Part shown: piece after piece, positions 11,098 to 24,170 of the stretch
Layout of the letters: every line of letters begins with the position of its first letter
How positions within the stretch are numbered: position 1 is the stretch's first letter
Made by a program: the position numbers and the translations under genes
Notes under the pieces: model-generated
Database searches by the model: none
What the model was told of the DNA's origin: nothing
The model's input: the letters and a program-made list of their open reading frames with translations, nothing else
NCBI GenBank assembly: GCA_907165135.1
Contig: OU015568.1
Span: forward strand, 15,077,208-15,141,207
From: Oikopleura dioica
Lineage: Eukaryota > Animalia > Chordata
Length of the DNA stretch: 64,000 bases
Direction of reading: 5' to 3'

Positions 11098-13738
11098 ATG
11101 ATAAGATGTATTCGCAGAGAAATATTACTGGCGACGAAAACAGAAAGAATGATTATGCTCGGGGTGCTGATGAATATATTTATTTTGGCTCTTGTTTACG
11201 CTGGAAATGATAATTTAAGAAGTCATTTGCCGCGTTCAATTCAAAATATAATAGGTACTACCAGCTCTTTTTGGGAAAAAATCTTAAAAATGATCAATTT
11301 TAGGCTCTCAAAGCAACAATAAGCAACAAAAATACCAGCTCAACCTGGACTGGATGAACGAAACCCCAAATCTGAAGCGTTTCTTGAGCAAAGTATCGAC
11401 CGAAGAACTCTCAAAGCCAGACAGAGCGGAAGTCATACGAGTCTCGCTCTTCGAAGCACTGATAAACCTAGCAAAGGCGGAACATGAAAAGGGAAATGAG
11501 TTCCCTAATTTGCTCAAAATGAGTTCTGTCAGAAGAGCAATTTCGATCCTGAAGAAATTAAATGCAGATTTGAACTTGCTGCAGATGAAGATGGAGGCGG
11601 CGTATGGCCTCTGTAAAGGTAATTAAAATTCTTCCATTATATGTTCGTTCTAAATGACTTTTCAAGGCTGTCTTCAAGAAAAATACGGCAAGAAGAAGAA
11701 GCGATTACCCCAGGTTATCTGTATAGGAGCAAAGAAATGCGGAACAGGTAAGATTCTTTTTAAGAATCTTTTAATTAAATTACCATTTTAGGGGCATTCC
11801 AAAACTTCCTTGCGCACCATCCGCATCTGTTCAAGCCACCAGGATACGACGAGGTCCACTTCTTCGACAAGGAAGAGGATTATGCGAAAGGAATCGAATA
11901 CTACCACTCGTTGATGCCAGAAACGTCCGCTGGAGAAATTACTTATGAAAAGACGCCGAAATACATGGTTATTCCAGAAGTGCCTGGGAGAATCTACGCG
12001 ATGAACAGTACTGTTAAACTGATCGCAATCGTCTGTAATCCAGTCAACAGAGCCTTTTCCGACTTCACTCATGTAGTAAAATCCGGCTATTTTAAATCGG
12101 TAAGCGTTCGTTTTCCGGCCATCTCGGTGGAAACCGCGCGAATCTATACCTATTCTACTATTTCCATTCAGGAAACGTCAAAATACATGAATCTGGAGGA
12201 AACAGATGAAGAGAGCCGGCTGAAAGGATTTGAAGGATTTTCCGAAGCTTACATCACAAAATCGAATGAAATCAAGGAGGAGAAGGGTGATGCACAGTGG
12301 CGGAAATGGATCCAGAATGTTCATAAAGAACAAGGAAAGGCTGAGACTCTTGTATGTCTCGGGAGCTACAGGATCTCAAACCCTAGCTGAGCGGCTGTTT
12401 CCATCGTCGTCTTTCCACAGCTTGTCGCAACATCTCGTGGAAAATATATATACACACATGTTCTCACCAGGGCTCTAAATCTGAGGCGAAAATCAAGAGT
12501 TTCTCAGCCTTAAAAAAGTTGAAGCATCGATCTTGACGAACGGGCTGTACTCAGTTCACCTCCAAAACTGGCTGGACGCTGGATTCAAGCGAGAGCAAAT
12601 GCTCATTTTGAATGGGGAGGAGCTGATCTCGAATCCGGCCAAGGTATCAATTAGTGGCATAATGTGAAGCGCAGCGTTTTATCTTCAGATCATCCTCCGG
12701 GCTCAAGAGTTCATGGGACTAGAACCTATCATCAAGGAGAGCCACTTCGTATTTGACAAAGATAAAGGTACTGACATTGTGTAATAGAGTATTTTTGATG
12801 AAAACGATTAAAAGGAGGCACATTCGAGATAATTTCTTTGATAAAAAGCCAATTAAAATGACTGAACAATTCAAGTTTTTGAGCCTTGGCTCAGTACTTA
12901 TTTGAATAATCATCACAAGATTAAAATCGATAAAACTCATCAAATTTATTCTAATCTTGCTTTTATAATCATCTTCGATCTTCTATCTTTTGCGCAACTT
13001 CAAGAGTACGGTTACTTCTATGATCATAATCTGAATGAACCTATCAATCAAACATAACCAAATCACTCAAAACCGAATGCGCCTAGAAACAGAGTTGCAA
13101 ATTTGCTGGGTTGAGTGAGCTGAGCAGTCGCTCAGCTTAGCTCAGCTCACTGATTTTCGAAAATGAATTTATCAGCTCAGCTCAGCTCAGCTCAGTTATT
13201 CTCGAATATGATCTGTTCTGCTCGGCTCAGCTCAGCTCAGACAAGTATCATTCAGCTCAGCTCAGCTCAATGATTTTAACACAATTTCACTACTAAAAAC
13301 AGTAAATTATAGCTCAACTCAGCTCACTCAGCTCAGCTCAGCTCTAATTAGGGTCTGCTCAGCTCAGCTCAGCTCAATGACCTCTGAAAAGGGCCAACTC
13401 AGCTCAGCTCAGCTCAGTGAGCTCCGAAATAGGCCAGCTCAGCTCAGCTCAGAGAATTTCTCACTCAGCTCAGCTCAGCGAAAATAAAGCCAAATTTGCA
13501 ACTCTGCCTAGGAAAAGAATCTTTAAAGCTATTATAATTACTTTCAGGCTTCTACTGCTTCAAAAATCTCAAAACTGGCGAGCCTTCATGTCTGGGTGAT
13601 GGAAAGGGTCGAACGCGCGCAGGTGGCGGGCCGAACTTTTCCCCGAAACTGAAAGAGGACCTCGTTTCGTACTTCAAACCGTACAACTCGGAACTCTACA
13701 AAATCATCGGCGAAGACTTCCACTGGAACGAAGCTTAG
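11098..13738 (+). CDS. HS3ST: Heparan sulfate 3-O-sulfotransferase-like type II Golgi protein
   Basis: N-terminal TM. 5'-PSB motif LPQVICIGAKKCGTGAF, EVHFFD, EKTPKY, 3'-PB motif RAFSDFTH, GLYSVHLQNWL, CLGDGKGR, YFKPYN..FHW. Confidence 0.85.
13090..13506. mobile_element. MITE with internal (GCTCA)n array, hAT-like
   Basis: 16-bp TIR CAGAGTTGCAAATTTG/CAAATTTGCAACTCTG. Flanks CCTAGAAA / CCTAGGAA (7/8 TSD match). The interior is dominated by AGCTC pentamers. Confidence 0.85.
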
Positions 13739-14389
13739 ACTCTGTAAATATTTATGAAAGAAGAAGAAGAATTAGGAACCAATTAAACACAACATAGAAT
13801 TCGTGCCTTACAAAACCTACTGTATCGAACTGTATCTGCGAAATTACTTCACCAAAGCCTTATTGCAGCTTCTCCTGCTTCCAATTCGTCTAATACTTCA
13901 AGTATGGCGATTTTGATTAACTGGAAATAAAATTATATATCTGAATCAAAATATGCTAAATAGCAGAAAACCGGTACTTATCCGACACGCTCCATTCATC
14001 GAAAATAGCATTTTCTCCCGAAGATTTCAAAGAAAAGACCATCGATTTAATCTTTTTATCCACGGTATTAATCGTGTAATTCTCATGTAATTAAAACATA
14101 ATCACATTTTAGAAGGTCTCGTTGCAGAGTAATTTGTAATGAATCTTTTCTCGAAGAAGTTTCTTACGCCGGTTCATATAATGAGGATAAAACAGCAGCA
14201 TTCTAAACTGCTTCTAAGTCTCACTGAATTCATATGCTAAGGTATATATAGGTAAATGTGGGTAATTGAAGGATAATGAAGGATGTTTAAAATTTCTCAT
14301 AGTATCTATCGTCACATACTCTTCTGTATATTATTCAGTATACATACTTTCTTATATCGTCTACATACGGTAGGTTTGGAGAGTCTTAA

Positions 14390-14769
14390 GGAGGGGGTCG
14401 ACGAGAATCGGGATTTCAGTGACCGAAAATGCGGGAAAACCTGATAAGATAGGCAAAATCTGATTTTACTGGTGGATAGAAAAGGGTTGTAAAAATCAGG
14501 CGGCGAAAAATAGAAAAAATTTTGGCCAGAAAAAATCGTTCAAAAACCTCCTCAAAGTAGGGCCATTTTCGCGAAAATGCACCACAAATGGTCAATTTTT
14601 TACAATTTTGTTCATTTCGACCCCTAAATCTAATTTTTATCAAATGATTTTAGGCTCAACAGATTCGGGAGAATCTGTAGATTCCAAAAATATAAGTTTC
14701 ATATGCAGACTATGTGTATAAGCGAAATTACGATCACCCCTGAAAAAATTCTCGTCCACCCCCCCCCCC
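14390..14769. mobile_element. Non-autonomous element with TTAA TSD and GG..CC ends (Kolobok-like)
   Basis: TTAA-GGAGGGGGTCGACGAGAAT ... ATTCTCGTCCACCCCCCCCCCC-TTAA. Confidence 0.7.
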
Positions 14770-15520
14770 TTAATTACAGTTTTCATGAAACGATCGTTAT
14801 GAAAAGATTCGTTTTTCTGCTGAAAATATGAAGAAGCAAACTAATAAACTAATTGAATTTTTCATGTAACAAACTAAAAGAGCTCTATTAATACAGTAGT
14901 TCAGGTTCAATTTTCACATTTCTTCAAATCCCGTCAGGAAACCGAGGAGCCATTAGTGTAACGAGAGAATTTTATCTTCTTAAATTTTAGGAAAAAGACT
15001 CGCGAACGCTCACGCTTCGCCAAAGTGCGCCACCTAGGACCGCGCTCCAAGATTTTCATCGCTCTTCTCGACCGACCGTTCGTATAGTAAAAAAAACTTT
15101 GACAAAGGTATTAATTTTCATAATTTTTTATTGAAAGATGATTTTAATTAATGTTTTGAGAGAAAGGAGAATTTGAAAAAGAGAGATTTTTTTTTGAAGA
15201 AAACGGAGAGGATGCCCTTAATCGAAGCTATTAGGAACATTTCTGCGGTCGAAATAATGATTTCGATTAGTCCGAAATCGACTCTAGCGCGATAGAAATA
15301 GATTGAATTCCAAGAGCGAAGTGATAATTTAACGTTCAATTAGCGCTGATTTTCTACGAACATGAATAATCTCAGCGTCGTATTTTGTGTTTAATGCTTT
15401 GGGTTGACTCCGGCGGGCTCTTTTTTGGGAATGATGCAAGCCTGTTTGTTTTGCCTTCAACTAAAAATATTAGCTTTTTTATCGTTCTTGACGTGCTGGG
15501 TTAATTATAAATTTAACCGG

Positions 15521-15984
15521 TTAACGCCGAAACGCATAGCGACCAATTAATTGGTTCAAGGCCTTTTAATGCCTCATAACTCAACTTTTACAAAACGTTA
15601 GAATAATATGAACCCCCACTTATGGAGCTACTTTTTATCGAGGAATTCGATTCCGGTGTCAAGAAAAATTTTTTTCGAAAATTTTAGATTTTAGCTATTG
15701 AACGAAATTTTGGACTCAGGTATTTTTTCCCTTTTGAAAAGTTATTTCTCTATTTACATTAAAATCGACACATTTAGAAATATGCATATTTACTCATATT
15801 TTTGTAATGATATCGGTATAATATCGGGATGAAATTGAAGCTAAGCGTCTGAGAATTATTTATCTGTAGCGTTTATACAGTCAACTAATTAGTTTCATTG
15901 CCAAAAAGGGGTAAAAAGGGCATACCAATTAATTGGTACGATCTGCGTTCAACGTTGAAAAAATTTTATGCGTTCCGGCGTTAA
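15521..15984. mobile_element. piggyBac-like MITE (TTAA ends)
   Basis: IR TTAACGCCGAAACGCATA / TATGCGTTCCGGCGTTAA. The subterminal palindrome ACCAATTAATTGGT occurs near both ends. Confidence 0.6.
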
Positions 15985-16995
15985 GTTACCTTTTTTCTTT
16001 CTTTTTTTTAAATGACACGTGGAAAACTCAGAAAGCGACAAAAAATCGCAAGAATTTTGACCAAAATTTGGTCAATTTTTAGACCAATCAGATTCTCGCA
16101 TTTGGCCGGTAGGCCAATCAGATTTCTGAAAAAAAATGTCGCTCGAAGAATCGATTTTTTGTCCCTATTTTTGATTGAAATACTAAAATTGAAGAAAAAG
16201 CAAAAATTTGAAATGTAAAATTCAAAGCCATCTTGAGCCTGGAAAAAATACGCGGACTCTACCGCAGTTTGAATTAATCTTGTTTTCCGCGCACAGTCCA
16301 AAGCCACAAAGTTCGCTGAAATTTAAAGCAATCCGGGATTTACGTGTTTTCCGCTTTTTTGGTTCAACCAAAGTTGAGTAATTTTTCTTTCGATCGGAAA
16401 AGGGAGGGGTTAATTTCGGAATTTTCGGTGGTGGACTCGCTAAGTGCTCCATGTATCGTCAATTTGTAAGGTACTCAAAATGCATAATAGCTCGTTTCTT
16501 CAAGCTTACTCAACTAAGAAGCCCGAGGAGTCAATGCGGCCACCGTAATCCGCCACTGGAACTATGTAAAGATCCAAAAAGCGCGTTTTCAACCGCAACT
16601 TTTTAAGTTTTCAACTTTTTTTTCCCCAAAGTTATTCATCTCCAACTGTAGTTTCCCAGCATCTTTTTTTTAAGAAATGCAAATTGCCCTTTAAAAAAAC
16701 AAGTTTCCAAATTTTACGTGAACTCGCGCTACTACCTTGCTGACGCTAATAAATTTAATTTGTCGAAATTTTTCACACCCTTGACTTGACACTAGAAGTT
16801 TCATCCACTTTTCCCGAAATTCGAATTACACGACGACCGCAGCGGAAGTCCTCGTGAAATTCCCGTGAGGACGGCATTTCAGATTTCTCACAATCCTCGG
16901 GAGACATTGAAACGGGCAAGAAGATAGAGTAAGAACTAAACATTTTTTCTTCCTATGATCTCCAGCCAACATTTGTCAAAGAGCTCGTTCGTAGC

Positions 16996-17206
16996 CTGGG
17001 CTCAGCTCTTGCTTTTTCTTCAAAACCTGAGTCAGGAAAGCTAAAATGAAAAAGCCGCAAAGCGGCTTTAAAAAAAGGAAGCCGCAAAGCGGCTTCGCCA
17101 AAATTTATATTTTAACCTATTTTAACCCTAACCTTTACCCTACGCGGCTTTTTATTTGAGCTTTCTTGAATCCTGACTCAGGTTTTCAACAAATATTGCC
17201 TGGCCA
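16996..17206. mobile_element. MITE family A, degenerate copy
   Basis: CTGGGCTC..CCTGAGTCAGG..AAAAGCCGCAAAGCGGCTT..CCTGACTCAGG, matching 2955-3199. Confidence 0.8.
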
Positions 17207-18505
17207 AATTCGTAACTTTTTTGTAATCTTTCTTGCAGATTTTGGACTTATTGCCGCGTAAGTGAGTTAATCCACCCCCGCGTCAGATTCAGAAGTCAGA
17301 GAGTAGTCGGATAATTTCAACCCCTGATGCAACAGGTTAAGCAATTATAAACGACATTTCAAGTGGGGTTAAGCCCAACCGCGCGCTCATTACGTCATTT
17401 TTTTTTGCTCCAAGTTTTCAAGTGTTCACAAAACAAGCTTATCTTTTCCTCTTTCAAAATTTGTGATTCTGTCGGATTAAATTTTCTGCCTTGTCCACTT
17501 ATCTGTCAGTTTTTCAAGCTTGTCGATATAAATTATACATTTTGCGTTTTACGTTTTTTACGCAAGACGATAAGGAATATTTTTCACTTATCAAAATGGA
17601 GATATGGCGGCGCTTTATCGCTCAGCGGGTGCTCCGTCAAAAAATTTATCACGTGTTCCGGTTTTCTTCCTCTAGAAAAAGGGTTGATGAATTATTTTTA
17701 TCATGTTTTTGAAGAGTGTTTTTTATCTAATAAATTCGTAAATTTCACGTTAACTTTTTTATGGGAATCTTGAAATTTCGAAGCGCGATTTTTTGCGGGA
17801 GATTCTTGCTTTTTGGCGGGTTGTTTTTGGCGTGGCTGGTGGGTGTACTGAGTGATTCTACGACATGGATTTGTGGTGCGATGGATATCTTTGTCCGAGG
17901 CAGCCGATAACACTGTTGCAAAAACAAAAATTTGTGTCCTCTCCGTTACCAACTCTACGATTACACAATTTTTACTCATTTTCAAAGAATTCTTTCTCCA
18001 AAATTTTTCAATATTTTTATTGAAATATTTCAATATTTCAATATTTTTGATAAAAAATTAATTTCGATCAATTAAAAAAATTTAATTTTTAATTCCTTAA
18101 AAAAATAAATTCTTAATTTTTAATTCAATTTATAAAAAAAGTAATGTTTAAAATTTTTTATCAAATAACAATTTTCAGGGAACTTCCCGACTTTTGCTGC
18201 TTCGATTGAAGAAATCGTCAGCTGGCTTTCTCGTGACGATCGTTTTTTAATTTTAAAAACTGATCAGGGTGAAACAATCCCTAGAAAAACCACGAGCAAA
18301 AACACCGACCCGGTCAACTCAACACGTGACTAGTACAAAGACTGAAACTCAAGTCCACTTACTGTCACTTTTTGACTAGAAGAACACACACTACAGTTGA
18401 TACTGGAAAAGTTTTACATCAACTACAAGCAACTATCTACAATCTACTCAATATACACATTTATTCTCAAGAACATATTTAATCACAAAAGAAAGCAAGA
18501 AAAAA

Positions 18506-20885
18506 ATGGACTCGTTAGCAATCAAGAAGATGGTGCTGCTGGCAATTTTTATTTTATCGGAAAGGGGTTCACTTTTATCACTTTTCTATTGTAGAACACA
18601 GCGGGTGATAAATTTGTGTTTTCGTTGTGATAAAGCGTCTTTATCGCCACGTGCGAAATAATCCCCCGCTGCGAAGTCGTCACTTTCCTTTTTTTGACAA
18701 AAACATTCATTTCCGAATATCAAAAATGAATCGAAAGTGAACAGAAACTTATTGAACAAGGGCGAGATTAGGTGTTAGGGTTAGGATTAAGTTATGGCTA
18801 GGGTTAGGGACCCTAACTTAGGGTGGTTGAAATTTTTTAAAATAATTTTTGGTGAACCCCTTGAAAAGACAACTGCTTTTCTCTCAGCTTGGATTTCTTA
18901 TAAACCAGAGTAAGTTTTTCCCTCTTTTCTGTAGCTCGTATTTCGCGGTTCATTAAAATCAACTCCGGCCCAGCTCAAAACCGGAAGACTTAGTTGTAAT
19001 CACGGACGAGTATATGCGGAAGCTCCCATGTAAACTTTGCATCTAATCTTCCAGCTAGTCGCCAGATAGGCATCTAGTAGCTCTGATACGTAATTTTTAT
19101 TTTTATTTCCAGTGACGTCGTAGCTGCTGTGGACGAAGTGGTGGATGCTGTTATTGATGAAACATTGAATTTTAATAGACCAATTCAATTTTCTGATGAT
19201 TTGGAGCATGTTTACCCAATACCTGTAAGTTTTGTTCAGATAGGTTAGAGGTAGTTTTAGGGTTAGGGTTAGGGTTTTTTTCTAATATTTATTCCAAGTT
19301 CCGCAAAAAAGAACGCTCTCTGGTTCCAGCAAAGTACCTGAATAGTCAACAATCAAAAACAGGATCAAACTATCTCGCGTATATTGTTGAACAACCGGAA
19401 GAATGTGACGCGAAAATTGTTATTACTGTCAAGTCAAGCGCTGATCATTTTGGTAAGACAGCTATTTCTTACTTTCAATTATCCCATTTTTTACAGAGCA
19501 TCGAGAAGCAATTAGACAATCTTGGGCGCCAAGAGAAGCAAGGAAAGAAGATGTCCAAGTAGTCTTTCTCGTTGGACAAGGAAGTGATGTAATCAACGAT
19601 GAAATCAAAGAAGAGTTCTTCAAACACAAAGATCTGGTGATCGGAAACTATGTCGACTCGTACCAGAACCTGACGATAAAAGCCATGACCGGAATCGATT
19701 GGAGAGCAAGAAACTGTCACAATGCAGAGTTTGTGCTCGCCGTTGACGATGATACTTTCGTCAATTTGGACGACATGATGACTCATTTGCAGCGACTCCC
19801 GGAAGAGGAAAACTTCATTGAGTGCTCTGAAAGAACAGTGACTAAAGGAAAAGTCTGGCGGGAAGGACAATGGGCAGTTTCCGAGGATCAATACGAGTTT
19901 GACGTCTATCCGAATTACTGCAACGGACCTTGCTATCTCATGCCAGTGGAAACGGCTGATCTTCTCCTAGGGTAAATTTGAAGCACCATCTGATCAGTGA
20001 TCATCAGCTTCCGATTCGGAAGATTTAATGGAAAATAATGATAATTTCTCAAAACAACGTCAGAAATAATGCTATTTTTTGTAAAAACCATCATATGCTA
20101 GACCTGGCTTAGACAGAAAATTATCATTTTGACGTGATTTTTAAAGATTTCCTTTCAGATCATAAGATAGAGAAATGTAAAATCAGAATATTTCTTATCA
20201 TGAGTAGGGCATTTTCGTTGAAGCAAGAAACGACGTCAATACGTAAGACAAAGAAGTCATGGGTTATGGACCATAACTTATGGTCGAGCAGCCAATACCC
20301 CTACAGTAGGGGCCCTACCACTAAGTTAGGGAGCTACGACCGCGAACCGCCCTAAATCGTTTGGGTTAGGTTTAGGGTTAGGGAGAGCTCGAATGATAAC
20401 CCCTTACCACCGAAAAAACAGCTCGAAAGAAGTATACTAGGTTATACTGTATAACCCGTCTATACAGTTGATTTTGGTTCATACATAATAGGCGATGGCA
20501 GAATCTACCAACAACGGAAAAAAGCATATTTTTGAATAAAATGAGTCGAATTATATTTCCAAAGATCCGTTTTGTATAGGAGCCGTGAATAAATAAACAG
20601 CTTCAGGGAATATTAACGAATTTTTTCATCATCAGAATTCAGAGATTAGAATTTTGAGGCTTCTGGTGTGATCTTACAGAATTATTAAGAGCGTCGAGAA
20701 CGACTCCATCTGATCATCCAGCCGACGACGTCTTCATCAGTGGCATTCTTCGCGTAAAAACGGAAGTGCCCCTGATTCAGTACACCCGCACTGGCGCTCC
20801 TGGTTGGTGCCAAGAACTCAACAACAGAAAACCACGACTTCCACAGCGAATGGTCAAAGAACATCTCAAGAAATCGCAGCTCTAA
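18506..20885 (+). CDS. Beta-1,3-galactosyltransferase family (GT31), type II membrane protein
   Basis: TM MVLLAIFILS/TTAFLSAW. Motifs VKSS..REAIRQSW, DSYQNLTIK, VDDD (DxD), YPNYCNGPCYLM. Last exon 20690-20885 carries DDVFISG. Confidence 0.85.
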
Positions 20886-21066
20886 ATATCCAGCCACCAA
20901 AGCCGGCAAACTCTCGTAGCTGGAAATTTCTTGCGATTTCGAAATGAAAGCTGTAAAACGATAATTCAAAAAACTACCTCTCAAAAACCATGCTTCAATA
21001 AAAATGACAACGAGACCTATTTTAATGTTGCTGATGAATTTATTTACAAGCATTGATTATTGATTA

Positions 21067-22120
21067 TTACTGTCTTTGGCGAAGAGATACAGGGTTTGGA
21101 ATATACGATTTTGTCCAGGAGAAGATATTTGGAATGTGTTGCTTTGAAGGGGATTTCAAAGAGCTCACTTTCGATTTCATCAAAATTATTTCTAAAAATA
21201 AAGCTCGTATAGCCGGTATACGAATAGACTGATGATAATAGGGGGGCTTTAATTAAGATATCAGGAGATAAAAATAATTCTTATTATCGATCGAAAAGAT
21301 GAAAACAAATTGAAATCACGTTCCTCGCCCGGCTTCATCGAAACCAGTGATGCAGTTACTTTCCTATCTTCGCTGGTCGAGTTCTTTTTCGAAGAATTTT
21401 CAAGCAGTCGCTTGAATTTCTTCATCTTCCGCCCGAGCTTATTCTGAAAGGAAAGTCAGAATCATCACCTATTCAGAGAAGATGCGGTACGGCGCCTACC
21501 ATTTTGAGTTTGTTGGTGGAAATTTTGTGGAACTTGTCCACGTGAAGAGCGAACTTGTGATTCTCGGGCACACTTCTGTCGTTGAAAGTTTTCAGCGCTG
21601 TGTCGCTGGTTTCTGTACAAAGTGGTTGAGTAAAATCAACATCGACGAGAGAAGATTTGAGAATTCTATACTGAGATCAACAAGGATTCTTGTAGATTTT
21701 GGAAAAGAGGGGAATCTTCTCGTAGTCAGCAATAATAAAAAGTATCCCCGATTTCAAACTGCTCTTAATAAAAGCCTCTTATCAAAGAGAACTTGATCAT
21801 CAAAGATGCCATAAATTCAAATTTTTATGTCAGTTATCATATTCTCATTCTTTGATCTCAAGGCTTGAAGTTTTCAAAATCTCAAGGTGTGTTTCTTTTG
21901 ATGCTCGTAAATCACCTTCGATACTCCTCAGATTCTTTTTTGAACTTTGAATGTCGGTATAAAACTGCGATACGGCCGACGATACTTTAAAACTGTACGC
22001 TTTCGCTTCTTTTATTTATTGGAAAACAATATTTTTCGGAGTGAACCAACCTTTTATTCTTCGCCTTGTTTCTTCTAGTTCTTCTCTGTCTATTTCCAGC
22101 TGCTCCTGCGAGTAAGGCAT
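21067..22120 (-). CDS. Multi-exon hypothetical protein
   Basis: ATG at 22120 (MPYSQEQLEIDREELEETRRRIK) and several open exons bounded by GT/AG. No family recognised and the structure is uncertain. Confidence 0.4.
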
Positions 22121-23603
22121 TCCTCAATCAACTCAGAAGGCGCGATTTAATTTCGTTAGCTTCCAGTGGACTAATCTCTTTAGGGAAATCGGAGGGGCGG
22201 GCAATTCCTAGTCCAGCCCGCTGTAATTAATGCGACAATGAGGCTGGATTTCCGTTGTTTTCTCGCTCTAAAGGTGATTATCCACTGCTCTGACTTAGAT
22301 TGACACACACTTGCTAAATAAGCCTAACCTAATTACACTCTGCCTTGCCTCAATCGACCGCGATAAGCCCTGCAATAAAAACTGTACTCAAAGTCAGGAC
22401 TTCTTTAATGAACTTGACTGTTGAAAGCTGACAACTGAAATTGTCGAGAATTGTTTTTTTTTATTTATATTGCACAAGTGATAACTGCTGTAAAATTCAA
22501 AGCTGATAAGACAACTAAAAACTCGATACAAGTTTAAGGGTACTACTGTAAGATGATGGAAAATAACGCGCAGTTTATTTTATAAAAAAAATTTACGGAA
22601 ATCAACTTTCACAATGAAAAAATATTGCACGAAAGGTGAAAATCGAAGAGCTAAAAATGGGCACCATTTGGCGAAGTGACAATAATTTAAAAATATGATC
22701 GAGAAAAAAGGACCGAATTTAGTTTTTTCATCGTTCTGTTTAAGTAATTACAAGTAAAGAAATGGATAGCGAAATAGATAGCACCAAATTGCAGTAGTCA
22801 GTAATTGTATCATGGTGTAAGTGAAGGCACTAATAAATAAGTTAATTTTCACGCGGATTCGTGTGTTTTTCCTCCGCCTTGATCAAGAATAAGCTCGAGC
22901 TTTTTTTTTAAATAAATGAAGTGGGTGAGTGTGGGGATTCGTGAGGACAGCGTATTTGAAAAATAATAGTACAGCAAAAATGTCGCCTACCTCAAAAATC
23001 GGAAAATTGAACTGGTTCCGCGGAAAATACGCGTTTAAAAATACCGCGCATTTCCGATTGGATAAAAAAAGCAGCATCTGGTCTGTAAGCCGGGCTGATA
23101 GAAATTTTAACAATTGCTAAAATGATGATCGGGAGCGAACAAAAATAATGGACAGAAAAAGAGGCGACAGAAATAAGGGAAGAGGAATAAATTTGAAAAG
23201 AATAAATCCGGCATATAATTTCGTAAATGCCTTAATTTTTATTACGATTCTTGGCGTTTGTCCAGTTGTTTATGCGTCGCCGCTGGCCTGAAATATAAAA
23301 TCGTTAATAAAAAGTCTTTTGGTGGATAAGTTTGTGAATAAATTTCCAAAAAGGGCCATAAATGCGCTGGTCCCTTTTGGGCACACCGGTTCGAGGGGGC
23401 GTTGGGTCGAGGCGAATGGTCCTTGACCCAAGGCTCCACTCGAGGTGAGTGACTGAACTGTGACTAAATGTGTTCTGTTTTTAAAGCTGTGTGATCGAGT
23501 TGAAATTATATTCCATGCATTAATAGTTTAGTAGCATTGTCTCATGCGGTTTGGTTTCGGACACGTGACTGAACTGTCTCTGGTGGTGTTCGTAGCGGTG
23601 GTG

Positions 23604-24170
23604 TTATTTTACCTGCGCCGGATTTGATTCACGGACAGAGTCAGTCTCGGTATCGCCGGACTCGCAAAGATCTCGGCCCGCTATTATCTCATCATCGGGC
23701 ACAATGTCCCAACTGTCCAAACGCGCTTTCAAGCATGAAGAAGGACCAGCTTCTTGCGTTGATTGGGAAAGCTGAGACAATGTGTCAGAAGAAGAAGTAG
23801 AACAACTGGCGGCCTCAGAAACAATGTCCCAGCTATCGGAGCTAGGGACAGATATCTGCAATCAAGGAGGAAAACGGTTTTTAAATATACGGTGTAACGA
23901 TTTTTTGCTGGTGAGCAGTAATCAAGGAAAAAAAAGATTCCAGAGCTCATGACTTCCGTCGTACCATATTGAGTGGTTCGCTAATCCGAAGGTCAGCGTG
24001 ACTAGAAATCATCGTCTTCCGCAATGCGATTGTGGTTAGCATGATTATTAATCTAATGGAATTGAAGATATCTGTCCCTAGTCAAAGCGAGTCTGGCGTG
24101 AGCCGATCTCAGACGCTGACGTTTCCCCCGATTTCACATTTGTCGAGAGCTGAGACAGTGTGTCAGACGC
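23604..24170 (-). CDS. Ser/acidic repeat exons with WDIV motifs (orphan gene or RRBP1 3' extension)
   Basis: Duplicated coding unit SDTLSQLS...R(L/F)D-x-WDIV. Boundaries uncertain. Confidence 0.4.

Noticed and set aside
13110-13480. (GCTCA)n array as a CRISPR array or satellite
   Set aside because: Pentamer repeats without unique regular spacers, enclosed by TIRs and a TSD. This is a MITE interior in a eukaryote.
15255-15350. Possible C/D box snoRNA (ATGATTT...CTGA)
   Set aside because: The C box is degenerate, and there is no convincing terminal stem or identifiable rRNA complement.
17363-18061. Several 60-136-aa ORFs
   Set aside because: Low-complexity F/K/I/L-rich translations typical of AT-rich non-coding DNA.
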